Assembly: GCA_964016885.1 (NCBI GenBank)
Contig: OZ024744.1
Span: 128,526,001 to 128,590,000, forward strand
Source of the DNA: Eledone cirrhosa
Taxonomy: Eukaryota
Length of the DNA: 64,000 nucleotides
Direction: 5' to 3'
The notes beneath the pieces are model-generated. The model made no database searches. It was given only the letters and a program-made list of their open reading frames with translations, and was not told the origin of the DNA. The stretch's first letter is position 1. Each line of letters begins with the position of its first letter. A program made the translations under genes and the position numbers. Shown piece after piece: positions 1 to 13,440 of this stretch.

Positions 1-2889
1 AGTTAATTTGGGGTTGACTTAAGTTGGGGTTAACTTAAGTTGGGATTAAGTTAAGTTGGGGTTAAGTTAAGTTGGGGTTAAATTAAGTTCGGGTTAAGTT
101 AAGTTGGGGTTAAGTTAAGTTGGGGTTAAGTTAAGTTGGGGTTAAGTTAGGTTGGGGTTAAGTTAAGTTGGGGGTAAGTTAAGTTGGGGTTAAGTTAAGT
201 TGGGGTTAAGTTAAGTTGGGGGTAAGTTAAGTTGGGGGTAAGTTAAGTTGGGGTTAATTTAAGTTGGGTCGAATTAAGTTGGTGTTAAGTTAAGTTGGGG
301 TTAAGTTAAGTTGGGGTTAAGTTAAGTTGGGGTTAAGTTAAGATGGGGTTTAGTTAAGTTGGGGTTAAGTTAAGTTGGGGTTACGTTAAGTTGGGGGTAA
401 GTTAAGTTGGTGGTAAGTTAAGTTGGGGGTAAGTTAAGATGGGGTTAAATTAAGTTGGGGTTAAGTTAATTTGGGGTTGACTTAATTTGGGGTTGACTTA
501 AGTTGGGGTTAACTTAAGTTGGGGTTAAGTTAAGATGGGGTTTCGTTAAGTTGGGGTTAAGTTAAATTGGGGTTTAGTTAAGTTGGGGTTAAGTTAAGTT
601 GGGGTTAAGTTAAGTTGGGGGTAAGTTAAGTTGGGGGTAAGTTAAGTTGGGGTTAATTTAAGTTGGGTCGAATTAAGTTGGTGTTAAGTTAAGTTGGGGT
701 TAAGTTAAGTTGGGGTTAAGTTAAGTTGGGGTTAAGTTAAGTTGGGGGTAAGTTAAGTTGGGGGTAAGTTAAGTTGGGGTTAATTTAAGTTGGGTCGAAT
801 TAAGTTGGTGTTAAGTTAAGTTGGGGTTAAGTTAAGTTGGGGTTAAGTTAAGTTGGGGTTCAATTAAGTTGCGGTTAATTTAAGTTGGGGTTAAGTTAAG
901 TTGGGGTTAAGTTAAGTTGGGGTTAAGTTAAGTTGGGGTTAAATTAAGTTGGGGTTAAATTAAGTTGGGGTTAAGTTAAGTTGGGGTTATGTTAAGTTGG
1001 TGTTAAGTTAAGTTGGGGTTAAGTTAAGTTGGGGTTAAGTTAAGTTGGGGTTAAGTTAGGTTGGTGTTAAGTTAAGTTGGGGGTAAGTTAAGTTGGGGGT
1101 AAGTTAAGTTGGTGTTAAGTTAAGTTGGGGTTAAGTTAAGTTGGGGTTAAGTTAAGTTGGGTTTAAGTTAAGTTGGGGTTAAGTAAAGTTAGGGCTAAGT
1201 TAAGTTGGGTTAAGTTAAGTTGGGGTTAATTTAACTTGGGGTTACATTAAGTTGAGGTTAAGTTAAGTTGGTGTTAAGTTAAGTTGGGGTTAATTTAAGT
1301 TGGGGTTAATTAAGTTGGGGTTAATTTAAGTTGGGGTTAAGTTAAGTTGGGGTTAATTTCAGTTGGGGTTGAGTTAAGTTGGGGTTAAGTTTAGTTGGGG
1401 TTAATTTAAGTTGGGGTTGAGTTAAGTTGGGGTTAAGTTAAGTTGGGGTTAAGTTATGTTCGGGTTAAGTTAAGTTGGTGTTAAGTTAAGTTAGGGTTAA
1501 GTTAAGTTGCGGCTAAGTTAAGTTGGGTCTAAGTTAAGTTGGGGTTAAGTTAAGTTGGGGTTAAGTTAAGTGAGGGTTAATTTAAGTTGGGGTTATTTTA
1601 AGTTGGGGTTAAGTTAAGTTGGGGTTAAGTTAGGTTGGTGTTAAGTTAAGTTGGGGGTAAGTTAAGTTGGGGCTAAGTTAAGTTAGGGCTAAGTTAAGTT
1701 GGGGCTGAGTTAAGTTGGGGTTAAGTTAAGTTGGGGTTGAGTTAAGTTGGGGCTAAGTTAAGTTGGGGTTTAGTTAAGTTGGGGTTAAGTTAAGGTGGGG
1801 TTAAGTTAAGTTGGGGTCAACTAAAGTTGGGGTTAAGTTAAGTTGGGGTTAACTTAAGTTGGGGTTAAATTAAGTTGGGGTTAAGTTAAGTTGGGGTTAA
1901 GTTAAGTTGGGGTTAAGTTAAGTTGCGGGTAATTTAAGTTGGGGTTAAGTTAAGTTGGGGTTAAGTTAAGTTGGGGGTAAGTTAAGTTGGGGGTAAGTTA
2001 AGTTGGGGTTAAGTTAAGTTAGGGTTAAGTTAAGTTGGGGTTGAGTTAAGTTGGGGTTAAGTTAAGTTGGGGTTATGTTAAGTTGGGGTTAAGTTAAGTT
2101 GGGGTTAATTTAAGTTGGGGTTAAGTTAAGTTGCGGTTAAGTTAAGTTGGGGTTAAATTAAGTTGGGGTTAAGTTAAGTTGGGATTAAGTTAAGTTGGGG
2201 TTAAGTTAAGTTGGGGTTAAGTTAGATTGTTGTTAAGTTAAGTTGGGGTTAAGTTAAGTTGGGGTTAATTTAAGTTGGGGTTAATTTAAGTTGGGTCTAA
2301 TTAAGTTGGGGTTAAGTTAAGTTGGGGTTAAGTTAAGTTGGGGTTAAGTTAAGTTGGGGTTAAGTTAAGTTGCGTTTACGTTAAGTTGGGGGTAAGTTAA
2401 GTTGGTGGTAAGTTAAGTTGGGGGTAAGTTAAGATGGGGTTAAGTTAAGTTGGGGTTAATTTAATTTGGGGTTAAGTTAAGTTAGGGTTAAGTTAAGTTG
2501 GGGTTGAGTTAAGTCGGGGTTCAGTTAAGTTGGGGTTATGTTAAGTTGGGGTTAAGTTAAGTTGGGGTTAAGTTAAGTTGGGGTTCAATTAAGTTGCGGG
2601 TAATTTAAGTTGGGGTTAAGTTAAGTTGGGGGTACGTTAAGTTGGGGGTAAGTTAAGTTGGGGTTAAGTTAAGTTGGGGTTAAGTTAAGTCGGGGTTAAT
2701 TTAAGTTGCGGTTAAGTTAAGTTGGGGTTAAGTTAAGTTGGGGTTAAGTTAAGTTGGGATTAAGTTAAGTTGGGGTTAAGTTAAGTTGGGGTTGAGTTAA
2801 GTTGGGGTTAAGTTAGATTATTGTTAATTTATTTTGGGGTTAAGTTAAGTTGGGGTTAAGTTAAGTTGGGGTTAATTTAAGTTGGGGTT

Positions 2890-5800
2890 AAGTTAAGTGG
2901 GGGTTAAGTTGAGTTGGGGTTAAGTTAAGTTGGGGTTAAGTTAAGTTGGGGTTAAGATAAGTTGGGGTTAAGTTAAGTTGGGGTTGAGTTAAGTTCGGGT
3001 TGAGTTAATTTGGGGTTAACTTAAGTTGGGGTTAACTTAAGTTGGGGTTAAGTTAAGTTGGGTTTATGTTAAGTTGGGGATAAGTTAAGTTGGGGTTAAG
3101 TTAAGTTGGGGTTCAATTAAGTTGCGGTTAATTTAAGTTGGGGTTAAGTTAAGTTGGGGTTAAGTTAAGTTGGGGTTAAGTTAAGTTGGGGTTAAATTAA
3201 GTTAGGGCTAAGTTAAGTTGAGGTTATGTTAAGTTGGTGTTAAGTTAGGTTGGTGTTAAGTTAAGTTGGGGGTAAGTTAAGTTGGGGGTAAGTTAAGTTG
3301 GTGTTAAGTTAAGTTGGGGTTAAGTTAAGTTGGGGTTAAGTTAAGTTGGGGTTAAGTTAAGTTGGGGTTAAGTTAAGTTGGGGTTAAGTTAAGTTGGGGG
3401 CAAGTTAAGTTGGGGTTAATTTAAGTTGAGGTTAAGTTAAGTTGGTGTTAAGTTAAGTTGGGGCTAAGTTAAGTTGGGGCTGAGTTAAGTTGGGGCTGAG
3501 TTAAGTTGCAGTTAAGTTAAGTTGGGGTTGAGTTAAGTTGCGGTTAAGTTAAGTTGGGGTTAAGTTAAGTTGGGGTTAAGTTAAGTTGGGGTTTATTTAA
3601 GTTGGGGTTCAGTTAATTTGGGGTTAAGTTAAGTTGCGGGTAATTTAAGTCGGGGTTAAGTTAAGTTGGGGTTAAGTTAAGTTGGGGTTAAGTTAGGTTG
3701 GTGTTAAGTTAAGTTGGGGGTAAGTTAAGTTGGGGGTAAGTTAAGTTGGTGTTAAGTTAAGTTGGGGTTAAGTTAAGTTGGGGTTAATTTAAGTTGGGGT
3801 TAAGTTAAGTTGGGTTTAAGTTAAGTTGGGTCTAAGTTAAGTTGGGGTTAAGTTAAGTTGAGGTTAAGTTAAGTTGGGATTAAGTTAAGTTGGGGTTAAG
3901 TTAAGTTGGGGTTAAGTTAAGTTGGGGTTAAGTTAGGTTGGGGTCAAGTTATGTTGGGGGTAAGTTAAGTTGGGGGTAAGTTAAGTTGGGGTTAGGTTAA
4001 GTTGGGGTTAAGTTAAGTTGGGGTTAAGTTAAGTTGGGGTTACGTTAAGTTGGGGGTGAGTTAAGTTGGTGGTAAGTTAAGTTGGGGGTAAGTTAAGATG
4101 GGGTTAAGTTAAGTTGGGGTTAATTTAATTTGGGGTTAAGTTAAGTTAGGGTTAAGTTAAGTTGGGGTTGAGTTAAGTTGGGGTTAAGTTAAGTTGGGGT
4201 TATGTTAAGTTGGGGATAAGTTAAGTTGGGGTTAAGTTAAGTTGGGGTTCAATTAAGTTGCGGTTAATTTAAGTTGGGGTTAAGTTAAGTTCGGGTTAAG
4301 TTAAGTTGGGGTTAAGTTAAGTTGGGGTTAAATTAAGTTAGGGCTAAGTTAAGTTGAGGTTATGTTAAGTTGGTGTTAAGTTAAGTTGGGGTTAAGTTAA
4401 GTTGGGGTTAAGTTAAGTTGGGGTTAAGTTAAGTTGGGTTTAAGTTAAGTTGGGGCTAAGTTAAGTTGGGGTTAAGTTAAGTTGGGGTTAAGTTAAGTTG
4501 GGGTAAATTTAAGTTGGGGTTAAGTTAAGTTCGGGTTAAGTTAAGTTGGGGTAGAGTTAAATTGAGGTTAAGTTAACTTTGGTTTCAGTTAAGTTGGGGT
4601 TAAGTTAAGTTGGGGTTAAGTTAAGTTGGGGTTAATTTAAGTTGGGGTTAAATTAAGTTGGAGTTAAGCTAAGTTGGGGTTTATTTAAATTGAGGTTAAG
4701 TTAACTTGGGTTTGAGTTAAGTTGGGGTTAAGTTAAGTTGGGGTTAAGTTAACTTGGGTTTGAGTTAAGTTGGGGTTAAGTTAAGTTGGGGTTAAGTTAA
4801 GTTGGGGTTAATTTAAGTTGGGGTTAAATTAAGTTGGGGTTAAGTTAAGTTGGGGTTAAGTTAAGTTGAGGTTGAGTTAAATTGGGGTTGAATTAAGTTG
4901 GGGTTAAGTTAAGTTGGGGTTAAGTTAAGATGGGGTTAAGCTAAGTTGGGGTTAAGTTAAATTGAGTTTAAGTTAACTTGGGTTTGAGTTAAGTTGGGGT
5001 TAAGTTAAGTTGGGGTTAAGTTAAGTTGGGGTTAATTTAAGTTGGGGTTAAATTAAGTTGGGGTTAAGTTAAGTTGGGGTTAAGTTAAGTTGGAGTTAAG
5101 TTAAGTTGGGGTTAAGTTAAGTTGAGGTTGAGTTAATTTGGGGTTAAGTTAAGTTGGGGTTAACTTAAGTTGGGGTTAATTTAAGTTGGGGTTAAGTTAA
5201 GTTGGGGGTAGGTTAAGTTGGGGGCAAGTTGAGTTGGGGTTAAGTTAAGTTGGGTTTAAGTTAAGTTGGGGCTAAGTTAAGTTGGGGCTAAGTTAAGTTG
5301 GGGCTGAGTTAAGTTGGGGTTAAGTTAAGTTGGGGTTGAGTTAAGTTGGGGTTAACTTAAGTTGGGGTTAAGTTGGGGTTAAGTTAAGTTGGGGTTAAAT
5401 TAAGTTGGGGGTTAGTTAAGTTGGGGCAAGTTAAGTTGGGGTTAATTTAAGTTGGGGTTAATTTAAGTTGGGGTTATGTTAAGTTGGGGTTAAGTTAAGT
5501 TGGGGTTAAGTTAAGTTGGGGGTCAGTTAAGTTGGGGTTAAGTTAAGTTGGGGGTAAGTTAAGTTGAGGGTAAGTCAAGTTGGGGTTAAGTCAAGTTGGG
5601 GTTAAGTTAAGTTGGGGTTAAGTTAAGTTGGGGTTGAGTTAAGTTGGGGTTGAGTTAAGTTGGGGTTAAGTTAAGTTGGGTGTAAGTTAAGTTGGGGTTA
5701 AGTTAAGTTGGGGTTAAGTTAAGTTGGGGTTAAGTTAAGTTGGGGGTAAGTTAAGTTGGGGACAAGTTAAGTTGGGGTTAAGTTAAGTTGGGGTTAAGTT

Positions 5801-8800
5801 AAGTTGGGGTTAAGTTAAGTTGGGGTTAAGTTAAGTTGGGGTTAAGTTAAGTTGGGGGTAAGTTAAGTTGGGGTTAAGTTAAGTTGGGGTTAAATTAAGT
5901 TGAGGTTAAGTTAATTTGGGGTTAAGTTAAGTTGGGGTTAAATTAAGTTGGGGGTAAGATAAGTTGGGGCTAAGTTAAGTTGGGGCTAAGTCAAGTTGGG
6001 GTTAAGTCAAGTTGAGGTTAACTTAAGTTGGGGTTAAGTTAAGTTGGGGTTAAGTTAAGTTGGGGTTAAGGTAAGGTGGGGTTAAGTTAAGTTGGGGTTA
6101 AGTTAAGTTGGGGTTAAGTTAAGTTGGGGTTAAGTTAAGTTAGGGTTAATTTCAGTTGGGGTTATGTTAAGTTGGGGTTAAGTTAAGTTGGGGTTAAGTT
6201 AAGTTGAGGTTAAGTTAAGTTGGAGTTAAGTTAAGTTGGGGTTAAGCTAAGTTGGGGTTAAGTTAATTTGCGGTTAAGTTAGGTTGTGGGTTAAGTTAAG
6301 TTGGGGTTAAGTTAAGCTGGTGTTAAGTTAGGGTAAGTTAAGTTGGGGTTAAGTTAAGTTGGGGTTAAGTTAGGTTGGGGTTAAGTTAAGTTGGGGTTAA
6401 GTTAAGTTGGGGTGGAGTTAAGTTGGGGTTGAGTTAAGTTGGGGTTAAGTTAAGTTGGGGTTAAGTTAAGTTGGGGTTAAGTTAAGTTGGGGTTAAGTTA
6501 AGTTGGGGTTAAGTTAAGTTGGGGGCAAGTTAAGTTGGGGTTAATTTAAGTTGAGGTTAAGTTAAGTTGGTGTTAAGTTAAGTTGGGGCTAAGTTAAGTT
6601 GGGGCTGAGTTAAGTTGGGGCTGAGTTAAGTTGCAGTTAAGTTAAGTTGGGGTTGAGTTAAGTTGCGGTTAAGTTAAGTTGGGGTTAAGTTAAGTTGGGG
6701 TTAAGTTAAGTTGGGGTTTATTTAAGTTGGGGTTCAGTTAATTTGGGGTTAAGTTAAGTTTGGGTTAAGTTGGGGTTAAATTAAGTTGGGGTTAAATTAA
6801 GTTGGGGTTAAGCTAATTTGGGGTTAAGTTAAGTTGGGGTTAATTTAAGTTGGGGTTAAGTTAAGTTGCGGGTAATTTAAGTCGGGGTTAAGTTAAGTTG
6901 GGGTTAAGTTAAGTTGGGGTTAAGTTAAGTTGGGGTTAAGTTAAGTTGGGGTTAAGTTAAGTTGGGGGTAAGTTAAGTTGGGGGCAAGTTAAGTTGGGGT
7001 TAAGTTAAGTTGGGGTTAAGTTAAGTTGGGGTTAAGTTAAGTTGGGGTTAAGTTAAGTTGGGGTTAAGTTAAGTTGGGGGTAAGTTAAGTTGGGGTTAAG
7101 TTAAGTTGGGGTTAAATTAAGTTGAGGTTAAGTTAATTTGGGGTTAAGTTAAGTTGGGGTTAAATTAAGTTGGGGGTAAGATAAGTTGGGGCTAAGTTAA
7201 GTTGGGGCTAAGTCAAGTTGGGGTTAAGTCAAGTTGAGGTTAACTTAAGTTGGGGTTAAGTTAAGTTGGGGTTAAGTTAAGTTGGGGTTAAGGTAAGGTG
7301 GGGTTAAGTTAAGTTGGGGTTAAGTTAAGTTGGGGTTAAGTTAAGTTGGGGTTAAGTTAAGTTAGGGTTAATTTCAGTTGGGGTTATGTTAAGTTGGGGT
7401 TAAGTTAAGTTGGGGTTAAGTTAAGTTGAGGTTAAGTTAAGTTGGAGTTAAGTTAAGTTGGGGTTAAGCTAAGTTGGGGTTAAGTTAATTTGCGGTTAAG
7501 TTAGGTTGTGGGTTAAGTTAAGTTGGGGTTAAGTTAAGCTGGTGTTAAGTTAGGGTAAGTTAAGTTGGGGTTAAGTTAAGTTGGGGTTAAGTTAGGTTGG
7601 GGTTAAGTTAAGTTGGGGTTAAGTTAAGTTGGGGTTGAGTTAAGTTGGGCTTGAGTTAAGTTGGGGTTAAGTTAAGTTGGGGTTAAGTTAAGTTGGGGTT
7701 AAGTTAAGTTGGGGTTAAGTTAAGTTGGGGTTAAGTTAAGTTGGGGGCAAGTTAAGTTGGGGTTAATTTAAGTTGAGGTTAAGTTAAGTTGGTGTTAAGT
7801 TAAGTTGGGGCTAAGTTAAGTTGGGGCTGAGTTAAGTTGGGGCTGAGTTAAGTTGCAGTTAAGTTAAGTTGGGGTTGAGTTAAGTTGCGGTTAAGTTAAG
7901 TTGGGGTTAAGTTAAGTTGGGGTTAAGTTAAGTTGGGGTTTATTTAAGTTGGGGTTCAGTTAATTTGGGGTTAAGTTAAGTTTGGGTTAAGTTGGGGTTA
8001 AATTAAGTTGGGGTTAAATTAAGTTGGGGTTAAGCTAATTTGGGGTTAAGTTAAGTTGGGGTTAATTTAAGTTGGGGTTAAGTTAAGTTGCGGGTAATTT
8101 AAGTCGGGGTTAAGTTAAGTTGGGGTTAAGTTAAGTTGGGGTTAAGTTAAGGTGGGGTTTAGTTAAGTTGGGGTTAAGTTAAGTGGGGGTTAAGTTGAGT
8201 TGGGGTTAAGTTAAGTTGGGGTTAAGTTAAGTTGGGGTTAAGATAAGTTGGGGTTAAGTTAAGTTGGGGTTGAGTTAAGTTCGGGTTGAGTTAATTTGGG
8301 GTTAACTTAAGTTGGGGTTAACTTAAGTTGGGGTTAAGTTAAGTTGGGTTTATGTTAAGTTGGGGATAAGTTAAGTTGGGGTTAAGTTAAGTTGGGGTTC
8401 AATTAAGTTGCGGTTAATTTAAGTTGGGGTTAAGTTAAGTTGGGGTTAAGTTAAGTTGGGGTTAAGTTAAGTTGGGGTTAAATTAAGTTAGGGCTAAGTT
8501 AAGTTGAGGTTATGTTAAGTTGGTGTTAAGTTAGGTTGGTGTTAAGTTAAGTTGGGGGTAAGTTAAGTTGGGGGTAAGTTAAGTTGGTGTTAAGTTAAGT
8601 TGGGGTTAAGTTAAGTTGGGGTTAAGTTAAGTTGGGGTTAAGTTAAGTTGGGGTTAAGTTAAGTTGGGGTTAAGTTAAGTTGGGGGCAAGTTAAGTTGGG
8701 GTTAATTTAAGTTGAGGTTAAGTTAAGTTGGTGTTAAGTTAAGTTGGGGCTAAGTTAAGTTGGGGCTGAGTTAAGTTGGGGCTGAGTTAAGTTGCAGTTA

Positions 8801-11800
8801 AGTTAAGTTGGGGTTGAGTTAAGTTGCGGTTAAGTTAAGTTGGGGTTAAGTTAAGTTGGGGTTAAGTTAAGTTGGGGTTTATTTAAGTTGGGGTTCAGTT
8901 AATTTGGGGTTAAGTTAAGTTGCGGGTAATTTAAGTCGGGGTTAAGTTAAGTTGGGGTTAAGTTAAGTTGGGGTTAAGTTAGGTTGGTGTTAAGTTAAGT
9001 TGGGGGTAAGTTAAGTTGGGGGTAAGTTAAGTTGGTGTTAAGTTAAGTTGGGGTTAAGTTAAGTTGGGGTTAATTTAAGTTGGGGTTAAGTTAAGTTGGG
9101 TTTAAGTTAAGTTGGGTCTAAGTTAAGTTGGGGTTAAGTTAAGTTGAGGTTAAGTTAAGTTGGGATTAAGTTAAGTTGGGGTTAAGTTAAGTTGGGGTTA
9201 AGTTAAGTTGGGGTTAAGTTAGGTTGGGGTCAAGTTATGTTGGGGGTAAGTTAAGTTGGGGGTAAGTTAAGTTGGGGTTAGGTTAAGTTGGGGTTAAGTT
9301 AAGTTGGGGTTAAGTTAAGTTGGGGTTACGTTAAGTTGGGGGTGAGTTAAGTTGGTGGTAAGTTAAGTTGGGGGTAAGTTAAGATGGGGTTAAGTTAAGT
9401 TGGGGTTAATTTAATTTGGGGTTAAGTTAAGTTAGGGTTAAGTTAAGTTGGGGTTGAGTTAAGTTGGGGTTAAGTTAAGTTGGGGTTATGTTAAGTTGGG
9501 GATAAGTTAAGTTGGGGTTAAGTTAAGTTGGGGTTCAATTAAGTTGCGGTTAATTTAAGTTGGGGTTAAGTTAAGTTCGGGTTAAGTTAAGTTGGGGTTA
9601 AGTTAAGTTGGGGTTAAATTAAGTTAGGGCTAAGTTAAGTTGAGGTTATGTTAAGTTGGTGTTAAGTTAAGTTGGGGTTAAGTTAAGTTGGGGTTAAGTT
9701 AAGTTGGGGTTAAGTTAAGTTGGGTTTAAGTTAAGTTGGGGCTAAGTTAAGTTGGGGTTAAGTTAAGTTGGGGTTAAGTTAAGTTGGGGTAAATTTAAGT
9801 TGGGGTTAAGTTAAGTTCGGGTTAAGTTAAGTTGGGGTAGAGTTAAATTGAGGTTAAGTTAACTTTGGTTTCAGTTAAGTTGGGGTTAAGTTAAGTTGGG
9901 GTTAAGTTAAGTTGGGGTTAATTTAAGTTGGGGTTAAATTAAGTTGGAGTTAAGCTAAGTTGGGGTTTATTTAAATTGAGGTTAAGTTAACTTGGGTTTG
10001 AGTTAAGTTGGGGTTAAGTTAAGTTGGGGTTAAGTTAACTTGGGTTTGAGTTAAGTTGGGGTTAAGTTAAGTTGGGGTTAAGTTAAGTTGGGGTTAATTT
10101 AAGTTGGGTTTAAATTAAGTTGGGGTTAAGTTAAGTTGGGGTTAAGTTAAGTTGAGGTTGAGTTAAATTGGGGTTGAATTAAGTTGGGGTTAAGTTAAGT
10201 TGGGGTTAAGTTAAGATGGGGTTAAGCTAAGTTGGGGTTAAGTTAAATTGAGGTTAAGTTAACTTGGGTTTGAGTTAAGTTGGGGTTAAGTTAAGTTGGG
10301 GTTAAGTTAAGTTGGGGTTAATTTAAGTTGGGGTTAAATTAAGTTGGGGTTAAGTTAAGTTGGGGTTAAGTTAAGTTGGAGTTAAGTTAAGTTGGGGTTA
10401 AGTTAAGTTGAGGTTGAGTTAATTTGGGGTTAAGTTAAGTTGGGGTTAACTTAAGTTGGGGTTAATTTAAGTTGGGGTTAAGTTAAGTTGGGGGTAGGTT
10501 AAGTTGGGGGCAAGTTGAGTTGGGGTTAAGTTAAGTTGGGTTTAAGTTAAGTTGGGGCTAAGTTAAGTTGGGGCTAAGTTAAGTTGGGGCTGAGTTAAGT
10601 TGGGGTTAAGTTAAGTTGGGGTTGAGTTAAGTTGGGGTTAACTTAAGTTGGGGTTAAGTTGGGGTTAAGTTAAGTTGGGGTTAAATTAAGTTGGGGGTTA
10701 GTTAAGTTGGGGCAAGTTAAGTTGGGGTTAATTTAAGTTGGGGTTAATTTAACTTGGGGTTATGTTAAGTTGGGGTTAAGTTAAGTTGGGGTTAAGTTAA
10801 GTTGGGGGTCAGTTAAGTTGGGGTTAAGTTAAGTTGGGGGTAAGTTAAGTTGAGGGTAAGTCAAGTTGGGGTTAAGTCAAGTTGGGGTTAAGTTAAGTTG
10901 GGGTTAAGTTAAGTTGGGGTTGAGTTAAGTTGGGGTTGAGTTAAGTTGGGGTTAAGTTAAGTTGGGTGTAAGTTAAGTTGGGGTTAAGTTAAGTTGGGGT
11001 TAAGTTAAGTTGGGGTTAAGTTAAGTTGGGGGTAAGTTAAGTTGGGGGCAAGTTAAGTTGGGGTTAAGTTAAGTTGGGGTTAAGTTAAGTTGGGGTTAAG
11101 TTAAGTTGGGGTTAAGTTAAGTTGGGGTTAAGTTAAGTTGGGGGTAAGTTAAGTTGGGGTTAAGTTAAGTTGGGGTTAAATTAAGTTGAGGTTAAGTTAA
11201 TTTGGGGTTAAGTTAAGTTGGGGTTAAATTAAGTTGGGGGTAAGATAAGTTGGGGCTAAGTTAAGTTGGGGCTAAGTCAAGTTGGGGTTAAGTCAAGTTG
11301 AGGTTAACTTAAGTTGGGGTTAAGTTAAGTTGGGGTTAAGTTAAGTTGGGGTTAAGGTAAGGTGGGGTTAAGTTAAGTTGGGGTTAAGTTAAGTTGGGGT
11401 TAAGTTAAGTTGGGGTTAAGTTAAGTTAGGGTTAATTTCAGTTGGGGTTATGTTAAGTTGGGGTTAAGTTAAGTTGGGGTTAAGTTAAGTTGAGGTTAAG
11501 TTAAGTTGGAGTTAAGTTAAGTTGGGGTTAAGCTAAGTTGGGGTTAAGTTAATTTGCGGTTAAGTTAGGTTGTGGGTTAAGTTAAGTTGGGGTTAAGTTA
11601 AGCTGGTGTTAAGTTAGGGTAAGTTAAGTTGGGGTTAAGTTAAGTTGGGGTTAAGTTAGGTTGGGGTTAAGTTAAGTTGGGGTTAAGTTAAGTTGGGGTT
11701 GAGTTAAGTTGGGGTTGAGTTAAGTTGGGGTTAAGTTAAGTTGGGGTTAAGTTAAGTTGGGGTTAAGTTAAGTTGGGGTTAAGTTAAGTTGGGGTTAAGT

Positions 11801-13440
11801 TAAGTTGGGGGCAAGTTAAGTTGGGGTTAATTTAAGTTGAGGTTAAGTTAAGTTGGTGTTAAGTTAAGTTGGGGCTAAGTTAAGTTGGGGCTGAGTTAAG
11901 TTGGGGCTGAGTTAAGTTGCAGTTAAGTTAAGTTGGGGTTGAGTTAAGTTGCGGTTAAGTTAAGTTGGGGTTAAGTTAAGTTGGGGTTAAGTTAAGTTGG
12001 GGTTTATTTAAGTTGGGGTTCAGTTAATTTGGGGTTAAGTTAAGTTTGGGTTAAGTTGGGGTTAAATTAAGTTGGGGTTAAATTAAGTTGGGGTTAAGCT
12101 AATTTGGGGTTAAGTTAAGTTGGGGTTAATTTAAGTTGGGGTTAAGTTAAGTTGCGGGTAATTTAAGTCGGGGTTAAGTTAAGTTGGGGTTAAGTTAAGT
12201 TGGGGTTAAGTTAAGTTGGGGTTAAGTTAAGTTGGGGTTAAGTTAAGTTGGGGGTAAGTTAAGTTGGGGGCAAGTTAAGTTGGGGTTAAGTTAAGTTGGG
12301 GTTAAGTTAAGTTGGGGTTAAGTTAAGTTGGGGTTAAGTTAAGTTGGGGTTAAGTTAAGTTGGGGGTAAGTTAAGTTGGGGTTAAGTTAAGTTGGGGTTA
12401 AATTAAGTTGAGGTTAAGTTAATTTGGGGTTAAGTTAAGTTGGGGTTAAATTAAGTTGGGGGTAAGATAAGTTGGGGCTAAGTTAAGTTGGGGCTAAGTC
12501 AAGTTGGGGTTAAGTCAAGTTGAGGTTAACTTAAGTTGGGGTTAAGTTAAGTTGGGGTTAAGTTAAGTTGGGGTTAAGGTAAGGTGGGGTTAAGTTAAGT
12601 TGGGGTTAAGTTAAGTTGGGGTTAAGTTAAGTTGGGGTTAAGTTAAGTTAGGGTTAATTTCAGTTGGGGTTATGTTAAGTTGGGGTTAAGTTAAGTTGGG
12701 GTTAAGTTAAGTTGAGGTTAAGTTAAGTTGGAGTTAAGTTAAGTTGGGGTTAAGCTAAGTTGGGGTTAAGTTAATTTGCGGTTAAGTTAGGTTGTGGGTT
12801 AAGTTAAGTTGGGGTTAAGTTAAGCTGGTGTTAAGTTAGGGTAAGTTAAGTTGGGGTTAAGTTAAGTTGGGGTTAAGTTAGGTTGGGGTTAAGTTAAGTT
12901 GGGGTTAAGTTAAGTTGGGGTTGAGTTAAGTTGGGGTTGAGTTAAGTTGGGGTTAAGTTAAGTTGGGGTTAAGTTAAGTTGGGGTTAAGTTAAGTTGGGG
13001 TTAAGTTAAGTTGGGGGCAAGTTAAGTTGGGGTTAATTTAAGTTGAGGTTAAGTTAAGTTGGTGTTAAGTTAAGTTGGGGCTAAGTTAAGTTGGGGCTGA
13101 GTTAAGTTGGGGCTGAGTTAAGTTGCAGTTAAGTTAAGTTGGGGTTGAGTTAAGTTGCGGTTAAGTTAAGTTGGGGTTAAGTTAAGTTGGGGTTAAGTTA
13201 AGTTGGGGTTTATTTAAGTTGGGGTTCAGTTAATTTGGGGTTAAGTTAAGTTTGGGTTAAGTTGGGGTTAAATTAAGTTGGGGTTAAATTAAGTTGGGGT
13301 TAAGCTAATTTGGGGTTAAGTTAAGTTGGGGTTAATTTAAGTTGGGGTTAAGTTAAGTTGCGGGTAATTTAAGTCGGGGTTAAGTTAAGTTGGGGTTAAG
13401 TTAAGTTGGGGTTAAGTTAAGGTGGGGTTTAGTTAAGTTG
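2890..13440 (+). repeat. ~5.29-kb tandem higher-order duplication within the satellite
   Basis: Rare markers recur at offset 5286: AAGTGGGGG 2898/8184, GTTGCAG 3509/8795 and 6634/11920, AAGGTAAGG ~6068/~11354. Confidence 0.88.
5750..8150 (+). repeat. ~1.22-kb higher-order unit in tandem pair (pairs also at ~11.0-13.4 kb and ~16.1-18.5 kb; single copies ~21.9-23.0, ~27.2-28.4, ~57.5-58.6 kb)
   Basis: Ordered marker series (AAGGTAAGGTGGGG, TTGTGGG, GCTGGTGTTAAGTTAGGGTAAG, GTTGCAG) repeats at 1222 bp (6634/7856; 17031/18253) or 1206 bp (11920/13126). Confidence 0.88.
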
